Of a stretch of 64,000 nucleotides of DNA, positions 18,416 to 26,286 are shown piece by piece (positions within the stretch are counted from its first letter, which is position 1; each line of letters begins with the position of its first letter). Origin of the DNA: Acidobacteria bacterium RIFCSPLOWO2_12_FULL_66_21 (lineage in GTDB: Bacteria; Acidobacteriota; Vicinamibacteria; Vicinamibacterales; 2-12-FULL-66-21); the NCBI GenBank assembly GCA_001767455.1, contig MELC01000005.1, positions 4,139 to 68,138 on the forward strand, read 5' to 3'. The position numbers were made by a program, and so were the translations under genes. The notes under the pieces were generated by a model. The model did no database searches and was not told the DNA's origin. It saw nothing but the letters and a program-made list of their open reading frames with translations.

Positions 18416-19738
18416 CTATGCGATGACCCGGGCCGGGACGACCAGCTCGGGAATGACGACGCGCGCGCACGTCCCCTGGCCGGGGACGCTGTCGAGCTGC
18501 AACTGATAGTTCGCGCCGTAGATGACGCGGAGCCGTTCGTTGACGTTCCGCAGGCCGATCCCGCCGGTCTTCATCCGATCCGCCTGCCCGGGGACGACGC
18601 CCACGCCGTTGTCGATGATGTCGATGATGGCATGGCCGCTCGCGCGCGTGCTGCGGATCGTGATGCAGCCTTCGCCGGTCTTCGAGGCCAGCCCGTGCTT
18701 GATCGAGTTCTCGACCAGCGGCTGGAGCAGCATGCTCGGGACCACCAGGTCCAGGCTGTCGGGGTCGATCGACTTCTCGATGCGCAGCTTCGGGCCGAAG
18801 CGGACCGCCTCGATGTCCAGGTACTCGTCGATCGCCTCCAGCTCCTCGCGCAGCGTCACGAAGTGATCCTGGCTGCGGAGCAGCCGGCGCAGCAGCCCGG
18901 AGAGCTTGACGATGAGGCAGCGCGCCGTTTCCGGCTGCGATCGGATCAGCGACGAGATCGACGTGAGCGTGTTGAAGAGGAAGTGCGGGTTGATCTGGCT
19001 CGCCAGCGCCTCGACGCGCGCCGCCATGAGCAGCTTCTCCTGCTCCTGGAGCCGGTGCTCGATGCGCGCCGCGTTCCAGATCTTGATCGGCACCGCCACG
19101 CAGAGCACCGTGGCGAGTATCACCAGCGCGAGCAGCCACACGTTGGAGGCCGCCAGGTAGAAGATGTGCGCCTCGCCGAACCGATGCCCGAGCGTCTGCC
19201 GCAGGATCTCCAGCGCGATCGGCGCCGCGAGGAGGATCACCACCCAGTCGATCTGAAAACGCCGCACGAGCCGCCACACGTTCCGGTGCAGGTCGGTGAA
19301 GAACAGCGGGGAGAAATGCCAGATGGCTTCCTTCGGGCACAGCTCGCGGAGCCCGCCGCCCGCGAAGCCGCAGCCGACCGCGAACGGGAACGCCGCCCAC
19401 TCTCCGGCGAACACCGGCGGGAGCCCGACCATGGCGCCGACGATGGCGCCGGCGTACGGACCGGCGAGCAAGCCCGCGAGAAACGCGCCCGCGAGCGTCA
19501 GGTCGGCGGGGTTGAAATTGAGGAGCAGGCGCACGAGGACGCCCGCCGTCAGCGGAATGCCGATGCTGGCCGCGAAGATCAGGCGCTCGGGCCAGTCGCG
19601 CTTCTCGGTCAGCAGAATGCGCCTGAACCAGGGGAAGCGCACCAGCATCGTCGAAAGGACCGCCGCGACCGCCACCTTGACGATGAGCGTCGTGACGAGG
19701 AATTGATCCGGCGTCAGCGACTTGGTTGCCTGTGGCAT
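18416..19738 (-). CDS. LytS/YehU-type sensor histidine kinase
   Basis: The N-terminal region is multi-TM and 5TMR-LYT-like. It is followed by the His_kinase block QINPHFLFNTLTSISSLIR and HATPase_c (NSIKHG...DNGVG...GGIGLRNVNERL). Confidence 0.85.
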   Translation of the reverse strand: MPQATKSLTPDQFLVTTLIVKVAVAAVLSTMLVRFPWFRRILLTEKRDWPERLIFAASIGIPLTAGVLVRLLLNFNPADLTLAGAFLAGLLAGPYAGAIVGAMVGLPPVFAGEWAAFPFAVGCGFAGGGLRELCPKEAIWHFSPLFFTDLHRNVWRLVRRFQIDWVVILLAAPIALEILRQTLGHRFGEAHIFYLAASNVWLLALVILATVLCVAVPIKIWNAARIEHRLQEQEKLLMAARVEALASQINPHFLFNTLTSISSLIRSQPETARCLIVKLSGLLRRLLRSQDHFVTLREELEAIDEYLDIEAVRFGPKLRIEKSIDPDSLDLVVPSMLLQPLVENSIKHGLASKTGEGCITIRSTRASGHAIIDIIDNGVGVVPGQADRMKTGGIGLRNVNERLRVIYGANYQLQLDSVPGQGTCARVVIPELVVPARVIA

Positions 19739-19749
19739 GGATCAGCGTA

Positions 19750-19755
19750 AGTATA
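19750..19755 (-). promoter_or_regulatory. -10 box TATACT, 11 nt before lytS ATG (19738)
   Basis: The reverse strand reads gcTATACTtacgctgatccATG. Confidence 0.45.
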
Positions 19756-19816
19756 GCATCCACGCCTATTTGCCAGCCCGTTCCACGGTTTGGCGTTTGG
19801 TCCCGTCCGCGCTCCT

Positions 19817-19825
19817 TGTTATGAT
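19817..19825 (+). promoter_or_regulatory. Extended -10 promoter TGTTATGAT, 6 nt before nuoI ATG 19832 (leaderless spacing)
   Basis: TGT (19817-19) plus TATGAT (19820-25). This supports ATG 19832 rather than the upstream TTG 19790 as the start. Confidence 0.55.
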
Positions 19826-19831
19826 GGCAGG

Positions 19832-20269
19832 ATGATTCGACCGCTGGTCATCGGCTTTGCCACCACTTTCAAGCACATCTTCAGGAGACCGGTCACGGTC
19901 CAGTACCCCGAACAGAAGGTACCGGTCTTCCCGAAGTACCGGGGCAAACAGGTGCTGATGCGCGACGAGGATGGACTCGAGAAATGCGTAGCCTGCGGCC
20001 TCTGCGCGGTCGCGTGCCCGGCCGATGCCATCTATCTCGAGGCCGCGGAGAACGACGGCACGGTCGATGCCGGCCCGCGCTACGCGAAGACGTACCAGAT
20101 CCACAAGACCCGGTGCATCTTCTGCGGCTACTGTGAGGAAGCCTGCCCGGTGTCGGCGATCTTCATGGGCAAGGACTACGAGCTGGCGGTCTACAGCAAC
20201 AAGGACTTCATCTGGGACAAGGCCGATCTACTGGTGCCGGCGGCGGCTTCGCCTGTGCCGGCACGGTGA
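19832..20269 (+). CDS. nuoI: NADH-quinone oxidoreductase subunit I (2x[4Fe-4S]), orphan copy
   Basis: Start is at ATG 19832 (MIRPLVIGFATTFKHIFRRPVTVQYPEQK). There are two ferredoxin motifs, CVACGLCAVACP and CIFCGYCEEACP. No other nuo genes are in the window. Confidence 0.85.
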   Translation: MIRPLVIGFATTFKHIFRRPVTVQYPEQKVPVFPKYRGKQVLMRDEDGLEKCVACGLCAVACPADAIYLEAAENDGTVDAGPRYAKTYQIHKTRCIFCGYCEEACPVSAIFMGKDYELAVYSNKDFIWDKADLLVPAAASPVPAR

Positions 20270-20270
20270 G

Positions 20271-20350
20271 TGGCGATTGGCGATTGGCGATTGGCGATTG
20301 ACGGATTGCCGATTGTCGATTGGCGATCGACGGGTTGACGATTGGCGATT
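20271..20350. repeat. GGCGATT heptamer array (~11 units, degenerate in the 3' half)
   Basis: tggcgat is repeated 4 times perfectly, followed by tgacgga/ttgccga/ttgtcga/ttggcga... variants. The array fills the whole nuoI-to-metallophosphoesterase spacer and contains that gene's TTG start. Confidence 0.9.
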
Positions 20351-21013
20351 TGGTTCGGCGCGCTCGGAGACGTCCACGGGGACTTCGGCAGCGTGCATCG
20401 CATCATGCGGCGCCACCCGGACATTCCGTTCTGGGTCTCGGTCGGGGACATTGCCGACGACGAGGGGCGGTACGAGCCGGTTGACGCGCCGCTCTACTGG
20501 ATCAAGGGGAACAACGAGAACTTCGACGCGATCGCCGAGGGCCGGCTTCCCGCGAACCTGCACTACCTTCCCAATGCGGCGCTGGTGACCGTCGGAGGCG
20601 TCCGGCTCGCCGGTCTCGGCGGGACCCTGGCGCCCACGTTGTACAACACTCCGGCGAACGAGCTGCCGCACCCGGAGAAGGGATCGGCGCGCGCGACCGG
20701 GCTGGCCGATCGGCGCCGGCATTTCGTGCGGGAGGAAGTCGAGCGGTGCAAGGCCCTCGAGCGGGTCGACCTGTTCCTGTCCCACGAGGCGCCGCGGCCG
20801 TTCCGGGTCGGGCGCATGGATGCCGGCAAGACGCCGATAAATGAGGTACTGGCGGCGATGAAGCCGCGGCTGCACCTGTTCGGCCATCATCATCGCTTCT
20901 CGGAGCAGGAGCGACAGGGGGTGCGCTCGGTCGGCCTCGACCTCGTGTCGAAGTCGTACCTGCTCGTGGACGCCCGGACGCTTGAGTACCATCTCGTGAC
21001 TCGTGACTCGTGA
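20342..21013 (+). CDS. Calcineurin-like metallophosphoesterase
   Basis: 223-aa ORF. Motifs GDVHGD, VGDIADD, GNNEN and LFGHHH. TTG start 20342 is the first possible start after in-frame TGA 20336-38 and sits inside a GGCGATT heptamer array. The stop sits inside a CGTGACT array. Confidence 0.78.
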   Translation: MAIWFGALGDVHGDFGSVHRIMRRHPDIPFWVSVGDIADDEGRYEPVDAPLYWIKGNNENFDAIAEGRLPANLHYLPNAALVTVGGVRLAGLGGTLAPTLYNTPANELPHPEKGSARATGLADRRRHFVREEVERCKALERVDLFLSHEAPRPFRVGRMDAGKTPINEVLAAMKPRLHLFGHHHRFSEQERQGVRSVGLDLVSKSYLLVDARTLEYHLVTRDS

Positions 21014-21150
21014 CTCGTGACTCGTGGCTCGTGACTCGTGACTCGTGACTCGTGACTCGTGGCTCGCAGTTCGTAGCTGAAGCTGGTAGCTGGAAGCTGG
21101 AAGCTGGAAGCTGGTAGCTGGTAGCTGGAAGCTGGTAGCTGGTAGCTGGA
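20994..21150. repeat. Back-to-back heptamer arrays: (CGTGACT)~9 then (GCTGGWA)~11
   Basis: CGTGACT/CGTGGCT units span 20994-21062 and contain the stop codon at 21011-13. GCTGGAA/GCTGGTA units (the complement of CCAGCTT) span 21071-21150 and end 2 nt before ATG 21153. Confidence 0.9.
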
Positions 21151-21152
21151 TC

Positions 21153-22997
21153 ATGCCGATGTCCCCATTTCTCGCGGAGGTCGATCGCCGCGTGCTCGTC
21201 TGTGACGGCGCGATGGGGACGATGCTGTACGGGAAGGGGATCTTCCTGAACCGGTCGTTCGACGAGCTGAACCTGACGCAGCCGGATCTCGTGGCCGAAG
21301 TGCATCAGGCGTACGTGCGCGCCGGCGCGGACGTCGTCGAGACGAACACCTTCGGGGCCAACCGCATCAAGCTCGGCGCGTTCAGCCTGGCCGAACGCGT
21401 GCACGCCATCAATCTCCAGGGCGCACGCATCGCGCGGCATGCCGCGCGCGAGCAGGCGTTCGTCGCCGGCGCCATCGGGCCACTCGGGATCCGGATCGAG
21501 CCGTGGGGCAAGACCGGCGTCGACGAGGCCGAGGAGTACTTCGCCGAGCAGGCGCGCGCGCTGGCCGAAGGCGGGGTGGACCTGTTCATCCTCGAGACGT
21601 TCCGCGACGTCAACGAAATCGGCGCCGCCATTCGGGCGGTGCGGAGCGTCTGCGCGCTGCCCATCGTCGCGCAGGTCACGACCGAGGAGGACGGCAACAG
21701 CCTGGACGGCGCCGCGCCCGAGACCTTCGTGCCGGAACTGGAGCGGCTGGGCGCGGACCTCGTCGGCCTGAACTGCAGCGTCGGACCCGCCGCGATGCTG
21801 GAGACCATCGAGCGGATGGCGCACGTGGCGACGGTGAAGCTCTCGGCGCAGCCCAACGCCGGGCGCCCCCGCGAGATCGAGGGGCGCAATATCTATCTGT
21901 GCTCGCCGGAGTACATGGCGTCGTACGCGAGGCGGTTCATCGCCAACGACGTGCGGCTGGTCGGCGGCTGCTGCGGCACGACACCCGAGCACATCCGTCA
22001 CATCAAGAATGCGGTCCGCGCGATGGCGCCCGTCACCGCCAGGACCGCCGTGACGGCGCCGTCGGCCAAGGCACCCGAGGCGGCGGTGGCCCCCGTGCCG
22101 CGCGGCGAGAAGTCGCGCCTCGCGAACTGCCTGGAGCGGGGCCATTTCGTCGTGACCGTCGAACTGCTGCCGCCGAGAGGGTTCCGCGCGGACGCGCTCG
22201 TCGAACAGGCGCGACAGCTTCGGATCCGGGGGGTGGATCTCATCAACATCCCGGACGCACGCCGGGCCTCCGCGCGCATGAGCGCGCTGTCCGCCGCGCT
22301 GCTGGTGCAGCAGCAGGCCGGCGTCGAGACGGTCCTGCACTATGCCTGCCGGGATCGGAACCTGCTGGGGATGCAGTCCGATCTGCTGGGCGCGCATTCG
22401 ATGGGGATCCGCAACCTGCTCATCATCACGGGGGATCCGCCGCGCGTCGGCGACTATCCCGACGCCACCGCGGTGTTCGACGTGGATTCCATCGGGCTCA
22501 CGAACGTGGTGACGCGGCTCAATCGCGGCCTCGACATCGCGGGGCAGGGCATCGGCCATCCGACCGCGTTCCACGTCGGCGTCGCGATCAACCAGGGCGC
22601 CCTCGATCTCGAGGAGGAGATCCGCCGGTTCCAGTACAAGGTCGAGGCCGGCGCGGAATTCGCGATCACCCAGCCGGTGTTCGACGCGCGCGAGCTGGCA
22701 CAGTTCCTCGAACGGGTGGCGGCCTTCCGGATTCCGGTGATCGCGGGCGTGACGCCGCTCGAAAGCGTGCGCCACGCGGAGTTCATGGCGAACGAGCTGC
22801 CCGGCGTCCACGTGCCCGACGCCACCGTCGAGCGCATGCGCCGCGCGGAGGCCGCCGGGCAGGCGGCCGCGGAGGGGCTCGCCATCGCGCGGGAGGTGGT
22901 GTCGGAGATTCGGCCGCTCGTGCAGGGGCTGCAGATTGCGACCGCGGGCGGGTCGGTGGAGGCGGCGCTTGCCGTCATCGAGGCCGTTGCCGTCTGA
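21153..22997 (+). CDS. Bifunctional homocysteine S-methyltransferase / 5,10-methylenetetrahydrofolate reductase (YitJ-like)
   Basis: 614-aa ORF. The N-terminal Hcy-binding domain (VCDGAMGTMLY...ETNTFGAN...GGCCGTTPEHI) is fused to an MTHFR domain (VTVELLPPRG...ITGDPP...FAITQPVFD). Confidence 0.85.
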   Translation: MPMSPFLAEVDRRVLVCDGAMGTMLYGKGIFLNRSFDELNLTQPDLVAEVHQAYVRAGADVVETNTFGANRIKLGAFSLAERVHAINLQGARIARHAAREQAFVAGAIGPLGIRIEPWGKTGVDEAEEYFAEQARALAEGGVDLFILETFRDVNEIGAAIRAVRSVCALPIVAQVTTEEDGNSLDGAAPETFVPELERLGADLVGLNCSVGPAAMLETIERMAHVATVKLSAQPNAGRPREIEGRNIYLCSPEYMASYARRFIANDVRLVGGCCGTTPEHIRHIKNAVRAMAPVTARTAVTAPSAKAPEAAVAPVPRGEKSRLANCLERGHFVVTVELLPPRGFRADALVEQARQLRIRGVDLINIPDARRASARMSALSAALLVQQQAGVETVLHYACRDRNLLGMQSDLLGAHSMGIRNLLIITGDPPRVGDYPDATAVFDVDSIGLTNVVTRLNRGLDIAGQGIGHPTAFHVGVAINQGALDLEEEIRRFQYKVEAGAEFAITQPVFDARELAQFLERVAAFRIPVIAGVTPLESVRHAEFMANELPGVHVPDATVERMRRAEAAGQAAAEGLAIAREVVSEIRPLVQGLQIATAGGSVEAALAVIEAVAV

Positions 22998-23129
22998 GAG
23001 GCGGCTTGCCCCGTCCGTTCCGACGCGATATAGTCGCCCGAGCTCATACGACAATGGCGCGGTACCCTGCTCGCAACTTCAACAGTCGCCGGCGGTTGCC
23101 GGCATTCCAACTGGACCGGGAAACTGCAG

Positions 23130-23831
23130 ATGCCTTTATTCGATCGCAAGCCTGTGCCCCATGATGAGGTGGTGTCCGGTTCGGACGCCGCCACCCGCGC
23201 GCTCTCGGTGACCGCAGTCGAGAACGATTTCGTCGAAGGAGTCTACGACAAGCTCGCCACGGTCTACGACCTCGTCTTCGGTCCCACGCTGCACCCAGGC
23301 CGGCTTCGGGCGATCCAGCGCATGAACATCCAGCCCGGCGAGCGTGTGCTCGAGGTGGGCGTCGGCACCGGGATCAACCTCCCGCTGTATCCGAAGCTGT
23401 GCTCCGTCACGGGGATCGATTTCTCGGGGTCGATGCTGGAAAAGGCGAGGGAACGCGCGGCGCGCAAGGACATCCGGAACATGCGCCTGCTGCAGATGGA
23501 TGCCGCGGATCTGAAGTTCGCCGACGACTCCTTCGATATCGTGTACGCGCCGTACCTGATCAGCGTCGTGCCCGACCCGGTCCGCGTGGCGCAGGAGATG
23601 CGCCGCGTGTGCCGCCGCGGCGGCCGGATTATCATCCTGAATCACTTCCTCAGCCCGAGCCGCCAGCTGTCGCGCCTCGAGCGGCTGATCTCGCCGTTCA
23701 CCATTCACGTCGGCTTCAAGTCGGATTTGGACCTGCCCGCATTCCTCGCGCAGGCCGAGCTGCACCCTGTCTCGATCGAGAAGGTCAACGTTCCGCGCCT
23801 CTGGTCGCTGGTCACGTGCGTGAAGGACTGA
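23130..23831 (+). CDS. Class I SAM-dependent methyltransferase, phospholipid N-methyltransferase (PmtA)-like
   Basis: 233-aa ORF with the SAM motif I VLEVGVGTGINL. The block YDKLATVYDLVFGPTLHPGR...SVTGIDFSGSML...DIVYAPYLISVVPDP...GGRIIILNHF recalls rhizobial PmtA. The assignment rests on motif memory only. Confidence 0.65.
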   Translation: MPLFDRKPVPHDEVVSGSDAATRALSVTAVENDFVEGVYDKLATVYDLVFGPTLHPGRLRAIQRMNIQPGERVLEVGVGTGINLPLYPKLCSVTGIDFSGSMLEKARERAARKDIRNMRLLQMDAADLKFADDSFDIVYAPYLISVVPDPVRVAQEMRRVCRRGGRIIILNHFLSPSRQLSRLERLISPFTIHVGFKSDLDLPAFLAQAELHPVSIEKVNVPRLWSLVTCVKD

Positions 23832-23849
23832 ACCGGTCCACACCGGTTC
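23830..23849 (+). terminator. Possible stem-loop terminator after the methyltransferase gene
   Basis: GAACCGGT-ccac-ACCGGTTC forms an 8-bp perfect stem overlapping the stop codon. No U-tract follows, so it is weak as an intrinsic terminator. Confidence 0.3.
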
Positions 23850-23964
23850 TGGTCATCATCCGCGTCGTGGACGACGAATCGAGCGATGGAACGTGCGAGA
23901 CGGCTGACCGCCTCCTCCCGGAGCGAGCCGCGCGGCGCGGCGCGTACGGCCGGCCGCCCGCGGA

Positions 23965-26286
23965 GTGATGGAGAGCACCGGCACAACCGGCCGGCGGTCG
24001 TGCGCGATCGCCGCGGCGGCCCTGCTCGCCTACCTGTGCCTTGCCGCTCTCTACACGCGGCCCCTTCTCGCACGCAGCTTCACCGACATCGCGAACGACA
24101 AGTACGATCCGGTCCTGAACGCATCGATTCTCTGGTGGAACGTCACCACCGTGCCGTTCACGCCGGCATGGTGGACGCCGCCGCACTACTATCCCGACGA
24201 AGGCATCGCCGCGTTCACGGAGAACCTCGTCGGAATCACCGTCATCAGCGCGCCGTTCCACCGGGCTACCGGCGATCCTGTCTTCGCGTACAACATCGCG
24301 TTGTTCCTCACCTGGCCGCTCTCCGGCTTCGCGGTCTACCTGCTCGTCCTGCGCCTGTCGCGCCGGTACGATGCCGCATTCGTCGCCGGACTGGCGTTTG
24401 CGTTCGCGCCGTATCGCGTGTCGCAGATGGCGCACATCCAGGTGCTGTCCTGCTACTGGCTGCCGGTGGCGCTGCTCTCGCTGCATGCATACCTGCAGGA
24501 TCGCCGTCACCACTGGCTCGTTCTCTTCGGCACGGCGTGGCTGCTGCAGTCGCTGTCGAACGGCTATTTCATGCTGTTCGGCGCCGTCCTGATCGGCCTC
24601 TGGCTGGCGTACTTCTGCTCGACGAGGACATCGTGGCGCCGGCTGCCGCCGATTGCCGCCACTTGGATTGCAGCAACCATTCCCCTTGTCCCGGTTTTTC
24701 TGAATTACCAGAGGGTCCATGCCCAGTTCGGCTTGCAGCGCTCGTACGAAGAGGTCGTGATGTACAGCGCGCAGCCGGCGGCATGGGGACACGTGTCGGA
24801 CCTGGTATGGTTCTGGTCCCTCTGGCTGCGCGACGCGGGCGGTGAAGGCAACCTGTTCCCGGGAATGACCGCGGTGCTGCTCGTGGTTGTCGCCGTCGTT
24901 GCTTTTCTGCGGCGACGCGGCCAGGAGGACCAGGCGGCGCCACCCGTCGAGTCCCGGCGCCTTCGCTTGACGCGCATCGCGCTCGGAACCGTCGTGGCGC
25001 TGGCCGTCGCGCTCACGGTGGTGACCTTGATTGCAGGGCCGTGGCGGATTGGCTTCGCCGGCATCACGTTCAGGATGCGAGGAATAGATCGCGCCGTCGC
25101 CATCGCGATCGCCTGCGGGATCGCGCTGTTGCTCGCCGGCGGCATTCCCCGGCCGCTGGCGCGGCGCAGCCCGTTCGTGTTCTACGCGGCGGCCACTCTC
25201 GCGATGACCGCGTGCAGCATGGGTCCGGAGATCCGGTCGGGCACGAGCGTCCTGGTCGAATCGGCGCCGTACCGCTGGCTCATGTGGCTGCCGGGCTTCA
25301 CCGGCCTGAGAGTGGTTGCCCGGTTCTGGACGGTCGGAACGCTCTCTCTCGCGATCGCGGCCGGCCTTGCCTTCGCGCGCCTCCGGCCGAACGCGCGGAC
25401 CGCACGCGCCCTGCTGTTCGTCCTGACCGCGGGCGGCCTGCTCCTCGACGGATGGATCAGGCAGATGCCGATGGCCTCGCGGCCGGAGCACTGGCCGAGG
25501 GCCGAACGCCGCGATCAGCCCCGTCCGATCATCGAGCTGCCGCTCGGCCCCGAGTGGGACGCCGCGGCCACGTTCCGGGCGGTCCGACACCGCCGCCGCG
25601 TCGCCAACGGCGTCAGCGGCTACGATCCGCCGCACTACGGCATCCTGCAGCGCGGCCTTCGGGATCGGGACCCTTCCGTGCTGACCGCGCTCGCCTCATT
25701 CGGTCCAATGGATGTCGTCGTCAACGGCACAGCCGATCCCGGCGGAGCGCTGGCACGCTACGTCGCGGCGATTCCAGGGGTGCAGCGGTCGCAGGACGAC
25801 GGGGTGCGGACGGTGTTTCAGCTCCCGGACCTGAGAGGGCCGGAAGTCGGCGCCGGAGTGCAGTTGCCGATCCGTGCGGTCGGCGCGCAAGGGGCCCGTC
25901 AGGATTTGAGCGTTCTCTTCGACGGAGATGTGGGGACGTCATGGGCGGAAGATCCGCTGCATCCGGTGCCGGCGATTGAGCTCGATCTCGGGACCCCGAG
26001 AGAGGTCGGAGGCATCGTCCACGTCGCGGGTGCCGACGCGGAGACGTTTCCCCGGCGGCTCGCCATCGAGGCCTCCCGGGACGGCGTCTCCTGGCGCGAA
26101 GCGTGGGAAGGGACGACGGTCGGCGCTGTCGTCCTCGCGGGCATTCGCGGACCGCGTGAGTGGCCGATCGCGCTTCCCATCGAGCCCGAGACCGCCCGGT
26201 TCATCCGGCTCCATCGGCTGAATCTCGGCAGCCGATGGGTGTTGGCGGAGCTTCGCGTGTACGCTCCGGTTCGGAAACGGCCCTAG
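23965..26286 (+). CDS. Polytopic membrane protein (GT-C-like fold suspected) with C-terminal F5/8 type C (discoidin) domain
   Basis: 773-aa ORF with about 12 TM segments in the first ~480 aa. The C-terminal ~150 aa (LFDGDVGTSWAED...LDLGTPREVGGI...RRLAIEASRDGVSW...RFIRLHRL) resembles a discoidin/F5_F8 type C carbohydrate-binding domain. Confidence 0.7.
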   Translation: MMESTGTTGRRSCAIAAAALLAYLCLAALYTRPLLARSFTDIANDKYDPVLNASILWWNVTTVPFTPAWWTPPHYYPDEGIAAFTENLVGITVISAPFHRATGDPVFAYNIALFLTWPLSGFAVYLLVLRLSRRYDAAFVAGLAFAFAPYRVSQMAHIQVLSCYWLPVALLSLHAYLQDRRHHWLVLFGTAWLLQSLSNGYFMLFGAVLIGLWLAYFCSTRTSWRRLPPIAATWIAATIPLVPVFLNYQRVHAQFGLQRSYEEVVMYSAQPAAWGHVSDLVWFWSLWLRDAGGEGNLFPGMTAVLLVVVAVVAFLRRRGQEDQAAPPVESRRLRLTRIALGTVVALAVALTVVTLIAGPWRIGFAGITFRMRGIDRAVAIAIACGIALLLAGGIPRPLARRSPFVFYAAATLAMTACSMGPEIRSGTSVLVESAPYRWLMWLPGFTGLRVVARFWTVGTLSLAIAAGLAFARLRPNARTARALLFVLTAGGLLLDGWIRQMPMASRPEHWPRAERRDQPRPIIELPLGPEWDAAATFRAVRHRRRVANGVSGYDPPHYGILQRGLRDRDPSVLTALASFGPMDVVVNGTADPGGALARYVAAIPGVQRSQDDGVRTVFQLPDLRGPEVGAGVQLPIRAVGAQGARQDLSVLFDGDVGTSWAEDPLHPVPAIELDLGTPREVGGIVHVAGADAETFPRRLAIEASRDGVSWREAWEGTTVGAVVLAGIRGPREWPIALPIEPETARFIRLHRLNLGSRWVLAELRVYAPVRKRP

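Noticed and set aside
21014-21152. Expected SAM/B12 riboswitch or T-box upstream of the methionine-cycle fusion gene
   Set aside because: The whole spacer consists of CGTGACT and GCTGGWA heptamers. No riboswitch-like conserved cores are visible.
20502-23054. 850-aa reverse-strand ORF
   Set aside because: It is antisense to the metallophosphoesterase and the YitJ-like fusion gene and has low-complexity Arg/Pro/Gly-rich translation. It also runs through the heptamer arrays, giving SYQLPATSYQLPA-type artefact peptides.
23054-23170. 38-codon ORF (MARYPARNFNSRRRLPAFQLDRETADAFIRSQACAP) downstream of a TATAGT box
   Set aside because: It has no family resemblance, overlaps the start of the methyltransferase gene and has a spacing to the -10-like box (19 nt) that does not fit the leaderless pattern. 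There is too little evidence.
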